Shown: piece by piece, positions 25,412 through 39,814 of the stretch
How the letters are laid out: each line of letters begins with the position of its first letter
Position numbering within the stretch: the stretch's first letter is position 1
NCBI GenBank assembly: GCA_951406725.2
Contig: OX597819.1
Coordinates: 90,892,001 to 90,956,000, forward strand
Direction: 5' to 3'
Length of the DNA stretch: 64,000 nucleotides
From: Octopus vulgaris
Lineage: Eukaryota
Made by a program: the position numbers and the translations under genes
The notes under the pieces: model-generated
Seen by the model: only the letters and a program-made list of their open reading frames with translations
What the model was told of the DNA's origin: nothing
Database searches by the model: none

Positions 25412-26066
25412 ATGATGGCTGCCCCCTCGTTATCGACTATGGCCATTGCATGAAGCTTAACTGTTATTGGTGCTGAGATTGAATGTGACTTTTATTTGCT
25501 TTTTAAGGCTACAGCCAGCTATTCAGTTGAGACTCACAACACTACCAACAATCATGAACAATGTTGCTATTGTGCAATGCCTGTGCGAGAAGATTTTTTT
25601 AAAAGTGAGGAAAGGCTGTGCACTGAGTCAATCCCACTCACTAAGCAACGGCAGCTATAATCCGAAAAGAAGAACACGTCAACATCATCGGAAACCACTG
25701 AGCTGCAGGTTTTATGTCGGAGTTATCCCAGTTACCTGAGTTACCTTCTCCTAGAAGGATGCCCTAACAAAGGCTAGGAGTCCTTAACTCCCAATGGTTT
25801 AACCACGTGATCAGGTATTCAGTCCGATTATTATGATACAGCCTTAAGCCTTAAAAAAAAAATACACATTTATTGGATGGCCGTTGACTCTCAAGAGTTC
25901 CTCCGCCCTTTGACGGGTTTTGTTTTTCATCCTGCAGGGTGTCCAATAAACACGCTCCTCACCAAGCAAACTTGGTGGGGTTGCTGGTTTAGACGCCGAC
26001 AACCCGACCATGCAACAGGTTGTACTGGGTTACATGTTACCAGTAGCACACGAAAGTGACCTGACA
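25412..26066 (-). mobile_element. Non-autonomous RTE-derived element (5'-UTR-like plus 3'-tail-like parts), flanked by (TACA)n
   Basis: Minus strand contains AGCCTTTGTTAGGGCATCCTTCTAGGAGAAGGTAACTC (RTE 5' UTR-like) and ends GTCGATAACGAGGGGGCAGCCATCA. No ORF. Confidence 0.45.
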
Positions 26067-26068
26067 TA

Positions 26069-26102
<34 letters not shown>

Positions 26103-26111
26103 CATACACAC

Positions 26112-26144
<33 letters not shown>

Positions 26145-26236
26145 CACACACACACATACATACATACATACATACATACATACATACATACATACATACA
26201 TACATACATACATACATACATACATACATGTGTATA

Positions 26237-27345
26237 TGTTGTGTGAGAGTATGACATCCCCTAGCAAGAATGAACTGGACCACTTCATATAAATAGTAGT
26301 GGTCTGAGTAAGTGAGGTAGTTCATGCTAGTTCCACAGTTCATGTATTGATAGTTCAAAGTTGGAGTCCAAAGTTTACAGTTCGAGTTAGCGTGCTGAAT
26401 TGTTGGTTCTTAAAAGATTGTTGTTACGTTCCGCATGGTTATTGCCATTTGTTTAGATTATTTTGATATTACACTGTTGCAGTATATTCGTATATCCATA
26501 AGGATATAACATCTGGTGACGAAGATTGTTCGAAACTCACATTAGTTATTTGACAATTTCTGTATCATGGAAAACCTATTAGCCACAGTAGTACAGCTTC
26601 AAGAGAAGCAACAGGAACAACTACAGGAGTTGCAAAAACAAATGCTACAACAACAACAACAACAACAACAATTAAATGAGTTACACAGTCAACGAAGCCT
26701 GAAAATCCAGTAAGCTTGTTTATGCCAGATGGCGTAGCTAAATCAATTTCTGAATTTACGTATAATCCAGAGGAGGATATTATGTTTCCCACATATTATG
26801 GAAGATATGAGGAAATTTTTAACAGCGTATGTAAGTCATGGTCGGTGGAGCAGAAAGTAAGACTTTTACTACACAAGGTAGCTCCTGCCAAACATGAGTG
26901 TTACTGTAACTTTATTCTGCCCAAAAGTCGAGTGAGATTGGTTTCCAATAAACCATGGAACTGCTTTCAAAAATATTTTGCGATAGAAGTTCATTATTCA
27001 GCACCAGAATGGAGTGTTAGAACTTAACAAAAAATGAGGAGGAGGATTTTATCACCTACACTGGAGTAGTCAACTGTATGAGCGAAAATGTCAAACTCCA
27101 GGACCTCACTCAGGATATGTGCAAGGACTTGTAGAGAATTTTGGACAAGGATTCTCTTGAAAATGAAGCAAGCAAACCAGGATTTATCTCTACAGACGCA
27201 GGTGTGGTGCAGGATCTCACTCAGGATATGTACAAGGACTTACAGCACCTGTAGAGAATTTCGGATAAGGATTCTCTTGAAAATGGAGCAAGCGAACCAG
27301 GATTTATCTCTACAGACCCTCACAGAAGAATGTCACACATTCATA
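26237..27345 (+). mobile_element. 5' part of a gypsy LTR retrotransposon: LTR (26237-26511), PBS (26514-26524), degenerate gag
   Basis: TGTTGTGT...ATATAACA termini; TGGTGACGAAG resembles the tRNA-Ser PBS TGGCGACGAGG; gag-like ISEFTYNPEEDIMF..YYGRYEEIF...W..EQKVRLLL; ~100-bp internal tandem duplication at 27100-27317. Confidence 0.65.
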
Positions 27346-27737
27346 AAAAATGTATATAGGTACAGGTGTGGCTGTGTGGTAAGAAGCTTGCTTCCCAACC
27401 ACTTGGTTCTGGGTTCAACCTCACTGTGTGGCACCTTGAGCAAGTGTCTTCTGCTACAGCTTCAAGCTGACCAAAGCCTTGTGAGTGGATTTGGTAGACA
27501 GAAACTGAACGAAACCTGTCGTATATATATGTGTGTATGTGTGTGTGTATCTGTGTTTGTCCCCCACATCATCGCATGACAACTGGTGTTGGTCTATTTA
27601 CATCCCCGTAACTTAGTGGTTTGGCAAAAGATAGAATAAGTACTAGGCTTACAAAGAATAAGTCCTCGGGTCAGTTTGTTCATCTAAAGGCAGTGCTCCA
27701 GCATGGCTGCAGTCAAATGACTGAAACAAATAAAAGA

Positions 27738-27769
<32 letters not shown>

Positions 27770-28097
27770 GTGTTCTGTTGATTACGATGACAAGAGTTCC
27801 AGTTGATCTGATCAATGGAACAGCCTGCTTGTACATATGTCCACAGACATATGTACCATTAACGTAGTTATCATGGAGATTCAGTGTGACACAGTGTAAC
27901 AAGGCCGGCCCTTTTGAATTACAGGTACAACTCATTTTCCCAGCAAAGTAGACTGGAGTAAAGTGAAATAAAGTGTTTTGCTCAAGGACAGAAAGCACTG
28001 CCTGGAATCAAACTCACAACCTTACGATCATGAGCTGATTACCCTAACCACTAAGTCATGTACCTTCACACACACACACATACACACACATTATATA

Positions 28098-28147
<50 letters not shown>

Positions 28148-28345
28148 GTATTGGTATCCAGAAGACCCAAGATGGTAGGTAAGGCTATGTAAGTGCTACA
28201 GGAGGACTGAAGTTAGATTCTTGGTTTGATAATAATACGAGTGAGAAGTCAAATGCGGGTCTTGTGTGAGCATGTATAAAATGAAGCAACAAACCTAAGG
28301 CTCTGTGAAATTTATAGGACAATATATATATACACACACACACAC

Positions 28346-28396
<51 letters not shown>

Positions 28397-28411
28397 TGTG
28401 TCTGTGTGTGC

Positions 28412-28524
<113 letters not shown>

Positions 28525-29771
28525 TGTGTGTGCGCGCATATATCAAACCGTTTCAATCAACTTTTGGGTGTGTCCTTAGGAAATAAGCAATGTTTTGTGT
28601 GGTGTATTTGTGGAAGTGACAGTGGTGGTAGTGGGTGGTGGCAAGGGTGGAGAGGATCAAGATTTGGTATAGATTTCCTTTGTTTGATCAATGAACTATA
28701 TCTGTTCATTGGATAGTAAATATCTACTCAAGTGAACTAAATAATAATTTAGTTTCAAGATAATATTCTAACTAGTAAACAGCTTTATTTTGCTACAAAA
28801 AATCTATATATAACATCAAACAAAACAACACACATGCACATAAATATATGCACACATACATACATTCAAAGGTACATACATACACACTCACAGAATTAAT
28901 GATAGTGAAGGCTTGTATATAACAGGTTATTGATAAAAGGCTTTTTATATGGTGTTGTTGTCATTTAGCCGCCATTGCCCAAGGTCAGCAACGATCAAGT
29001 AGAACAATGATCAAAAGTGTTATTTTAAATGTGACCATCCCATATTTCTTTTCATTTTCTTAAGGAAATTTGGGTGCTATTTTTAGCATGTTGATCAACC
29101 ACTTCTAGAGATTCCCTGATTGGCTTCAGGACTTCTATTCTTTGTGTAAAAGTGGATAGTATTATTTTATGTTTGTAGGCAAGTCAGCATTTTGCCTGTC
29201 TTTAGGTTCTGAGTTCAAATTCCTCTGAGGTCAACTTTGCCTTTCATCCTTTCAGGGTTGATAAAACAAGTACCAGTTGAACACTGGGGGGGGGGGGGGT
29301 GACGGAATCATCTTAAACTCTCCTTTGAAATTACTAGTGAATTGGAAAGTACCCGAAGAGGTCACCAGTGTGTGATGAAAGATTTCCAGACATTAAGAAG
29401 AGTAATAAACATGTGAAGAACGTATATACAGTGTGTGTGTGTTTATTTGGCAAGAAAAAAAAATGACTGTCCTAAAATATAACAGAAATTACTAGCCTTG
29501 TGCCAGAATTTGAAGCCATTATTTAATCTTTTGGCATCCAGATTACTCTGTCAAATATAATGCTTATTTATTCACATTGTTTTCAATTAATTATGCATTA
29601 TAGCTTTGAGATTTCAGTGATTTGATTGGATATTTTTAGAATGAAATTAGAGGGTTGATAGTGGAGGCCAGATCGGGCCAATTTTAGCATAAAACAGGTA
29701 AAATATTTTTGCTGGATATAGCCAGTTTGAATGCTAAAGGTTTAATGTCTGTAACTCCTATTTGCACATGT

Positions 29772-29813
<42 letters not shown>

Positions 29814-29816
29814 GCG

Positions 29817-29888
<72 letters not shown>

Positions 29889-30656
29889 CATTGATGAGCA
29901 GTAAGGAAGTTCAGCTCACAATCATGTGATCCTGAACTCATCCCCTTTTCTTGGTATCTTTATCATAATCTACCTATCATGAAACTCACAACTCATAAGC
30001 TTTCCATCGTGTATTAGTGACTGAGATTAAAACACTCTGCCCTGGGATGGGATGCCAGTCTGAATGACTTAGTTATTAGGGTGTTGGACTTATGATCGTA
30101 AGATTGTGGTTTCAATCCCTGGACCAAGTGACGCATTGTGTTCTTGAGCAATATACTCCATTTCATGTTGCTCCAGTCCACTCAGCTAGCAAAAATGAGT
30201 AATCCTGCAACAGACTGGTGTCCTGTTCAGGAATTCCTGTCATAGAAACCTTATGAGTCAGCATGACTCAAGAAAGTAACCTTACCTTACTAGAAGGTTT
30301 TGATGTCAGAACTCATTTATGTCAGAACTCATTTATAGCTGAGTGGATTGGAGTGAAAGCATTTTCCTCACTTCACATGAAGTGAGGTATTTTGCTCAAG
30401 AACACAACACACTGCTTGGTCCAGGAATTGAAACCATGATCTTATCATCTTGAATGCAATAGCCTACCACTAAGCCATATGCCTTTTCATCTTTACCATA
30501 GCCTTGGGTTAAACCAAGAGTTCTGAGTGAATTATGGTAGACAGTAACAGTGTAATGTTTGCTGGATGGACTGTACTTGTAATTAATGGTACAGCCTTGT
30601 CTCACTTTTGTCACATTGAGTGTACTTGAAAATTATATAAAGCATATACATGTGTG

Positions 30657-31620
30657 TGAAGGCACTTAGCTCAGTGGTTAGAGCATGGGGCTCACAATCA
30701 CGAGGTAGTGAGTTTTATTCCTGAACCGAGCTGTGTATTGTATTCTTGAGCAAGGCACGTTATTTCACATTGCTCCAGTTCACTCAGCTGTTGAAATGAG
30801 TTGTGATGTCACTGGTGCCAAGCTGCATCAGCCTTTGCCTTTCCTTTGGACAACATCGGTGGCATGGAGAGGGGAGGCTGGTATACATAGGTGACTGTTG
30901 GCTTTCCATAAACAACCTTGCCTGAACTTGTGCCTCAGAGGATAACTTTCAAGGTGCAATCCCATAGTCATTCATAACCGAAGTAGGTCTTTTACCAATA
31001 TATTTGAAGTGAAGGTACATAGCTCAGTTGTTAGAGTGTCAGGTTCACAATCATGAAGTAGTGAGTTCAATTCCCAGACTGGGCTGTGTGTTGTGTGTTT
31101 GAGCAAGACACTTTGTTTCATTTTGCTCCAGTTCACTCAGCTGTAGAAATGAGTTGCAATATCACTAGTGCCAAGTTGTATCAGCCTTTGTCTTTCCCTT
31201 GGATAAAAGGGGAGGCTGGTATGCATGGGTGACTGCTGGCCTTCCATAAACAACTTTGCCCGGACTTGTGCCTTCGGGGGGTAACTTTCTAGGTGCAATC
31301 CCATGGTCATTCATGACCAAAGGGGGTTTTTACCCTTTACACATGTCTGTGGAATATTCAGCTACTTCACTCACTAAAAGTGGCATGGCTCAGTGGTTAG
31401 TGTATTCAGCTCATAATTGTAAGGTCTTGAGTTCGATTCCTAGTAACATGTTGTGTCATTGAGCAAGACACTTCATTTCACTCAGTCCACTCAGCTGGCA
31501 AAAATGTGTTGTGCTGTACCTGTACTTCAAAAGGGCCAGCCTTTTCATGTTCAGTGTATCATGCTGAATCACCCTGAGAACTACATGAAGGTTATGTGTC
31601 CTATGGAGTACTCAGTTACA
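30657..31620 (+). mobile_element. Cluster of three tRNA-headed SINEs, family D (Meta/V-domain-like). Others near 27765-28065(-), 30060-30290(+), 30330-30485(-), 34700-34965(-), 35355-35680(+), 46910-47065(+), 63950-64000(+)
   Basis: Heads GAAGG....AGCTCAGTGGTTAG...GAGTTCRATTCC; central TTGAGCAAGACACTT.ATTTCAC.TTGCTCCAGT.CACTCAGCTG. Confidence 0.7.
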
Positions 31621-31622
31621 TG

Positions 31623-32055
31623 CAGGGCCATCACTAAGCCCCTACAACCCTTGCAGTTGCAGGGGGCCTCCACGGCTGAAGGGGCCCCATGTTTAAGATC
31701 AAAGTATGTACATGAGTCTTCTATTTACTTTGGTTGAGATGTTGAACAAGAATTAAACTATGTTAACTGAAAATTTCAAGAAATGAAATGGTAATACATT
31801 GTACCAGCAAAAGTTCTTGTAAAAATATTACATTGTACCATGAACATGTGTACCAGACATTTGGATTGTCTATGATATCTATTGAACACGAACTTAGCTC
31901 TCAGCTTGATTATTCTGAACTGATTGATGATTTCACGAAGCAAAACGTGCACTGTATTTGTCTTTGAAAGTTGCCTGAATTATAAAAGTGTTCTTTTATA
32001 CATATCTGGAAGTTTTACTTATTGAATTTTGTAAGGCCTCTGAACTTCAGCCATG
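31623..32055 (+). mobile_element. Possible hAT-derived remnant
   Basis: GC-rich left end CAGGGCC...GGGGCCCC and a degenerate ..LDYSELIDDF.. segment like hAT/ZMYM transposase C-termini. Right end not resolved. Confidence 0.35.
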
Positions 32056-32108
32056 GAGGATGAATGAATATATATATATTCAATTATTCATCTATATCTA
32101 TATCTATG

Positions 32109-32277
<169 letters not shown>

Positions 32278-32566
32278 CAAAATGGGACAAGAACGTAAAA
32301 CATCCGGAAAGCCAGGTGATACAAAAAGGGACAAAACATCCAGATAGACGATACAAAGAAAACAAGAGTGGGTCATTCGAAGTTTTCTTTCCTCAGTCAA
32401 GCACAAGATTATCCTCCCAATTTCAGCTGATTATTGTTGAGATTGCTCTAATCTGGCCAGCCCCAAGGAAAAGCTAAGCTAAGAGCATTAGATTCTTTGG
32501 CAGAAAGCAGCAAATATATACACTTATGAATACAATAAAAAAAATACAAATACAATAATAAGACTT

Positions 32567-32647
<81 letters not shown>

Positions 32648-33029
32648 CATACATATACATACCAGTGGCATGCAGTCGGGACATGCTAGTTATTCACTGC
32701 ATGTCTGTTCATTTTTATATAACTCAAAAATCAATTTTAGAACATAATGTATTTATAACCATATTGAAAAGTTGTTCAAATCATTGGAAAGTGAGCTAAA
32801 ATAGTTACTTTAGGAAACCCATCCAGATTGAAATTTTGAAGTTGTGATTTTCACCAATTTTCTTTCAGAATTGGAATCTCCATAGCTGAAAATGTGGGTT
32901 CCTGTAAAGAAAAAATTTCTTTTAAAAGGTGGGGGGAGGGGTTTGGTTACGTCTCTGCCATGCGTGCCAAGTATTTACTGCATGACCAACATCAGAAGTC
33001 ACCGTAAGCCATTGATACATACATACACA

Positions 33030-33067
<38 letters not shown>

Positions 33068-33267
33068 CATATATATATAGAAGCAGGAGTGGCTGTGTGG
33101 TGAGTAGCTTGCTTACCAGCAACATGGTTCTGGGTTCAGTCCCACTGCATGGCACCTTGGGCAAGTGTCTTCTACTATAGCCTCGGGTCAACCAAAGCTT
33201 TGTAAGTGAATTTGATAGATGGAAACTGGAAGAAGCCTGTCATATATATATAAGCCCGTTGTATATA

Positions 33268-33311
<44 letters not shown>

Positions 33312-33887
33312 GGTGTGTATATGTTTGTGTGTCTGTGTTTGTCCCCCTGACATCGCTTAACAAACAATGCTGGTGTGTTTATGTCCCTGTAACTTAGCAG
33401 TTCGGCAAAAGAGACCAAAAGAATAAGTACTAGGCTTGCAAAGAATAAGTTCTGGGGTCGATTTGCTTGACTAAAAAGTGGTGCTCCAGCATGGCCGCAG
33501 TCAAATGACTGAAACAAGTAAAAGAGTAAAGAGTAAATACCATCTAATATTAAATTAGTGATAATTGTAAGCAAGTGCTACCATCATTCATTTGTCGATC
33601 TTAAAAACAATTAGTGCTTATAAAATGACAGTTACTATTACATATTGGGTTACTGTATCCTTTATCACAACAGGATATCATATCAGAAGCTCTCAAACCA
33701 ATTGGAAAATCCCAAAGATGGCACTTCATTCAGAAGGCTAAAAATAATACCCAAATTTCCCCAGTTAATTTTCAACAGTCCATATGTGTATGCGTATCTA
33801 TATGTGTGGGCGTGTGGTTGTCTATGAATGTATTGGATGACTGCATGCTTGTACATACATTCATGCACACACACACACACACAGGTA

Positions 33888-33975
<88 letters not shown>

Positions 33976-33976
33976 C

Positions 33977-34020
<44 letters not shown>

Positions 34021-34143
34021 TCTATATATATATATAGGTATATATACACATAAATAAATGGAGTTTAACGCAGATATAAATCAAATACTGGTAACTATTT
34101 ATTTTTTTCCGTGTTAATTGTTAACAAGGCAAAAACACACTCA

Positions 34144-34192
<49 letters not shown>

Positions 34193-35799
34193 TCATACAT
34201 ATATACCTGCATATATATATACACATACACACACTCAAATGCTCACACACCATATATAAATATATATATACATACATGCATAAATATATTTGTTCTTGTA
34301 AAATATATATATACATACAACAGGCTTCTGTCAGTTAAAGTCTACTAAATCCATTCACAAGGCTTTTTGTTGGCCCAAGGCTATAGTAGAAAATACTTGC
34401 CCAAGGTGCTACACATGGCGGAACTGAACCTGGAACCATGTGGTTAGGAAGCAAACTTCTTACCACACAGCCATACCTTTATATATTCATCTATTATGTA
34501 TATAAATATATATAATATATATGTATACCTACCCACCCATCTACCTACCTATGTACCTACTGACCAACATCCTACCTACCTACCTATCTGACTACCTACT
34601 TGTCTACCTACATATCTACTTAGCTATCTACATACCTACCTACCTACCTATCAACCTGACTTCATACTTACCTACCATATTATCTACCAATAGGATTAGA
34701 ATACCTTTTGAGTAAAAAGTCGAAATCTGTTCATGAGACTCGAATCCACATCTATAAACATGATTGGCTTCCTGGGTTCTGTGGCATATATGTTACCCAC
34801 CAAGACAAGATGCCAGTACATCTCAGAATTACTCATTTTCACCAGCTGAGTGGACTGGAGCAATGTGAAATGAAGTGTCTTGCTCAAGAGCATAATGCAT
34901 TGTCCAGTCAAATCCACAATCTTATGACCATGGGTACAACACCAAAACCCCTAAGCCATGTACCGCTACTCTTGGTACTCACATATCTCAAAATATAATA
35001 TAATCTTAACTTTTCAAGGTACAAGGCCCGAAATTTTGGGGAAGGGGGCAGTTGATTAGATCGACCCCAGTACACAACTGGTAATTAATTTATCGACACT
35101 GAAAGGATGAAAGGCAAAGTCAACCTTGGCGGAATTTGAACTCAGAACGTAAAGACAGACGAAATACTGCTAAGCATTTCGCCTGGCATGCTGACGTTTC
35201 TGCTAGCTCACCGCCTTTCAAAATATATAATATAATATGAGAAATACAGTGGAGTTTCTGACTAAACTGAAGCACAGTAGATTTGATCTTCTGCTTGTAA
35301 CAACTCCAAGAGAAATGTGTAGAATAATACGGCTCCCTCTATGTTGTATACATTGTGAAGGCACATGGCTTAGTAGTTAATGTATTCAGTTCATCATTGT
35401 AAGGTGGTGAGTTTGATTCCCAGCAAAGCATTATGTCCTTGAGCAAGACAGTTAATTTCATGTTGCTCCAGTTCATTTAGCTGGCAAAAGTGAGCAGTAC
35501 TTGTATTTCAAAGGGTCAGCCTTATCACACTCTGTGTCATACTGAATCTCCTTGAAAATTAAGTTCAAGTTACATGTGTCGATGAAGTGCTCAGCTACTT
35601 GCATGTTAATTTCAGGAACGGGCTGTTCTGTTGATCGGATCAACTGGAATACCTTGTCATCATAACTGATGGAATGCTAGTTTATGTGCATTGACTTTAA
35701 TACAAAAGTATTTGATGTCATGGATAAGTTCAAACTATGGTAACTGTTGAGGAAATAGGTGGTCCTGAGAAATTCACATTCCATATAAACTGGAATGAT

Positions 35800-36130
35800 G
35801 GCAAGGATGAAAAACGCAAGAGATACACCAGATGCTTGTTTTAGCAAATGGTGTTAAACAAGAATGTGTATTAGCACCTACACTGGTTTCCATCTTTCTT
35901 GCAGCATTACTAGTAAAGTTCTTCCATGATCTTGAAAACAGAGTTTATATACAGTTCTACCAAATTTCAGCCCTCTTCAGCCAATTTCATGACAAAAATG
36001 AGAATCACCCAGATTCTTGAAAGAGAACTACTCCATGAAAACAGCAGTACATTAGTTGCTCATGCACCACAGCACATTCACACAACTGTGCTCAAAAACA
36101 CTGGCTCAAAAACATTTGGTATCAAGATAT
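35800..36130 (+). mobile_element. Highly degenerate RTE/BovB-like RT fragment
   Basis: NGVKQECVLAPTL.SIF motif; degenerate ELL.ADD region and FG.KI. Confidence 0.6.
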
Positions 36131-37764
36131 AACATCATAAAGATAAAAGTACTGTTCCAGTCAAGCTCAATATCACATACAAACACAGAACCAGAGTTGA
36201 TGGCATATCCTGTACTCAAGCATATCCTGTACTTACAACTACCTAAAAGATTAAGAAAGTTTTGTTGATCTCACCTACATTATAAAGAAAAATCTGAGAA
36301 GATATAATTTTCATGTTATGGACATCTAAAGCACATCAAAGAGAGAGCTGAAAGCTGGTTGTTAAATAAGTATGTGGGCGATTATGATTTCTAGATATTG
36401 TCGACAATAAAAAAAATATGGTTTTTAATGGCTTCTAAGACTATACTGTAATACAATGTTTTAGTTTCAGATACAAATCCTTTGGTCAAATCACTTACCA
36501 AACAAAGGCATATTGGGAGTATGAAATAACAATTTAGATATGAAATGAATAATAATATTTATAGTTTGTAACCAAATTTCACAAAAGGAAAATAAATTAA
36601 AGAGAAAAGTTAAAGCAAACCTACCATGGTATATAAAAATGACATTTTGACAAGCTGAAGCAAAAGAAACAAAGAAACTGGTTTTTTTTTGTTTGCCTTT
36701 TTTTATTGCTTTCTTTCTGTATTTATTTTTCTTTGTGTGTGTAATCTATTTACAGAGTAATTAGAGCACGAAGTTGTATCAGAGGTATTGGTACTTGACA
36801 AAAGTTCAAAACAAAATAGCAGAAGATATATGACAGTACCTTTTGCTTCATAAAATTAATATATCTCTGTTTATGTCTTGTTGATGATTTCTGAAAAGGA
36901 TGAAATAGTGCGATACTTGATTACCACCACATAGCAATTTTAAGAACTTTGTAATCAGTAAATAGCAACAACAAAGAAAGAATGAATATGTGTATTCTAC
37001 TTACCTTTTTTTCGTATTTCTTAATTTCAAATTCAAACTTCTGATCCCACCAAATAATATGAAGAAATGATTGTCTCCCTTGTATTAGCTGTCTGCTGTA
37101 AATAATAATAATAACTGACTGTATAACAATGCCTCAATAACATTTTTGCTTAACTGAAGCAAGCATGGAATAAACGAAGAAATAAATGTGCGTTTTCTTT
37201 AGTTTTATTTAAGTTTTTAAAAGAGTTCAAGCTGGTTACTAACAAAGTGACATGACATTTTGAGTTTAGAAACTTCTTGATGTTTGTAAATCTGTCATTG
37301 AGTTGGTGTGCTGTTTGAACTGTCGATGCACTCAACCAAGTGTGTGCATCTGTTTATATAAAGATCTCAGGTGGAGAACCTTTGGAATGTTTTACAAATC
37401 TTCATTGTGCTGTTAATAGATTGAATTTGGAGAATCCACATTAGGTTTCTTTTGCTCTTCAATATACCTGGTATTTCTAGGTTTTTGTGTAAATATGTAG
37501 TCTGTAGCTTAATGCACCTATGATGATAAGTACAAATGAAAATTTATAGTTAGGGTGTAAAGGAGAGAGTAAAGTTCTACATTCATTCACCATAAATGTT
37601 GTCTTTTTCCTGGACTTTTGATGGTACATTTACATCTGCTGGGTAAATGACCTTTACAACAGGGCATAACTTTTGTTCCGTCACCCACAGAACAATATCA
37701 GGTCTGTTGTATTTTCATTTAATTACTGTTTTTATTGTATGTGTAGTAGCACAAGCAATCATCA

Positions 37765-37915
37765 CTATATTGGATAAGATCTCGCAGCAGCCAATGCCAT
37801 CTCCAAGACTGGAGCGAGACCCCACCTGCATCCATTTGCCATGCGTGAGATCACAACGAGGCTTGCGATGGCAAACTGTATATAAGGGCAAAACAGAAAC
37901 AGATTCATTCTCTCT
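37765..37915 (+). promoter_or_regulatory. Candidate RNA Pol II core promoter (CCAAT, TATA, Inr)
   Basis: ATTGG at 37769, CCAAT at 37791, TATATAAG at 37879, Inr-like TCATTC at 37905-37910 with the A 28 nt after the TATA start. Locally CpG-retaining, non-repetitive DNA. Confidence 0.4.
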
Positions 37916-39609
37916 CTCCGCTTCTTTGCAGCAGCGCTTGCTGAGCACACTTCACTGTCTGCATTTTGTACCTCCAGTGGCAATGTGCCCCCACTAATGG
38001 AGATACAACACAATGCACACAGCTTGAGATGGTTGCTGAGAGCAATACACTTCACCTGTTCTGTGAAACTTGTAAATAAACCAGTTGTAAATTGCATTTG
38101 TACTTAAAGACTTCTTTCTTCGCCTGCCAGAGCCTGAACTATTCGAAGAACAAGATATAATGGGAGAAGGAGATATTCTCTCGATATCGTAAACCTTGCC
38201 TTCCAATATATATGTATGTATACATGTATATATGTGTGTATGTTGTATGCTTGTATAATGTATATATGTTGCATGCTTGCATGATGTGTGTATAAGTGTG
38301 TGCGCACACGCGTGTGTGTGCACCTTTGTTTATGCTTTTTTGCTTGCATCCCACAGCTTAGAGATTCAAAAAAGAAAGAAAGAGATTCATAAAACACAAG
38401 CATCAAACTTAAAAATAAACACTGGGGTTAATGTTAGTGACTTAATCCCTTGAAAGCACAGCCTCAGGATGACCTGCAGTCCAATGACTGAGACCAGTAA
38501 AAGAATAAGAGAATTTACTTCAACACTCAGAGCATATAGCTTTAAGCGAAATATCTATTGCAGTACCTCCTAGAATTTCTTTCCTTCAAACCAATATTCC
38601 TCTCATTGACTTTTAAATTACGCTGCTCTAATTTAAAACCACTGGGAATTTAGCTCACATATTATTTTCATAGAGATGTCTACCCAATCCTAAAATATTT
38701 TGCCAGAATAAGCTGATAATATCTAAATAGTGTAAATTATGAAATTTAGTTTTCTTGCTTGTCTTAATACATCCCACTTCCAAGAAAAAAAAACAAAACC
38801 AAAAAAAAAATAGAAAGGGAGAAAACCTTTGTTATATGAAACCAACTTTTTGAGAGGAACATATTTCTTTTCATATCTGGGGCAAAAAATAAAATAAATA
38901 AAAATAAAGCAAAAAAAAAAAAGAAATAAAAAGAACTGAAATGTCAACCATTGGGGGATGGAGCTAGAAATGAATACTTTATTCCTTTTAGAGAAAATGA
39001 GTTGATGGTGGGCAGAGTATGCTGTGGCTATTGTTTCTTTAAAGATAAAAATAAAACATTTTCTTCAGAGAGTTGGGTGGAACTTGAACTTAGTATCATA
39101 TTTCATCTGTATGTATTATGTATGTGTGTAGGTGTGTGAGTGTGTGTGTGAATGTGTATGTTTCTGTGTGTATGTACGTGAATGTGTGTGTCTGTGTGCA
39201 TGTGTGTGTGTGTGTGTGTGTGTGTGTACATGTCTGTATATATGTTCGTATGTTAATATTGAATTTTATAATCGTACGATGTTGGTGTTAGGAAGGGTAT
39301 CCAGCCATAGAAACGATACCAAAACAGACATTGGTGCATGATGCAGTCCTTGGATACACTGGATCCTGTCAAAACATTCAACCCATACCAGCTTGGAACA
39401 TGGTTGTTAATTGGTGATATCGACGATGATGACAATGACGATGATGATGCCGCTGTCACTGATGCTGACAACACCAATGACACCGATGATGATGATGATG
39501 AGGTGGATCCTGGTTTAAGAATAAATAAAATGTGTGTTTCTGTGCATTATAAATGGTTACTAAGTGGACTGGCTACAAGAAGAGTGTCTGGTTATAAACA
39601 CTATCTCTC

Positions 39610-39641
<32 letters not shown>

Positions 39642-39728
39642 GTTCCACTCCACTAGCTAGTGCTATCATACTTCTATTCTTGCCTACATCCATAAACATA
39701 CACACACACATATATGTGTGTGAGTATT

Positions 39729-39793
<65 letters not shown>

Positions 39794-39814
39794 TATATTC
39801 GTTATATATATGAG

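Noticed and set aside
30657-30730. tRNA genes at SINE heads (also 5409, 19661, 31010, 31378)
   Set aside because: A/B boxes are present but there is no complete cloverleaf, and each continues into a SINE body.
37945-37990. Hairpin GCACACTTCACTG...CAGTGGCAATGTGC as a pre-miRNA
   Set aside because: Only about 12 bp with a 17-nt loop, and no miRNA family that I recognise.
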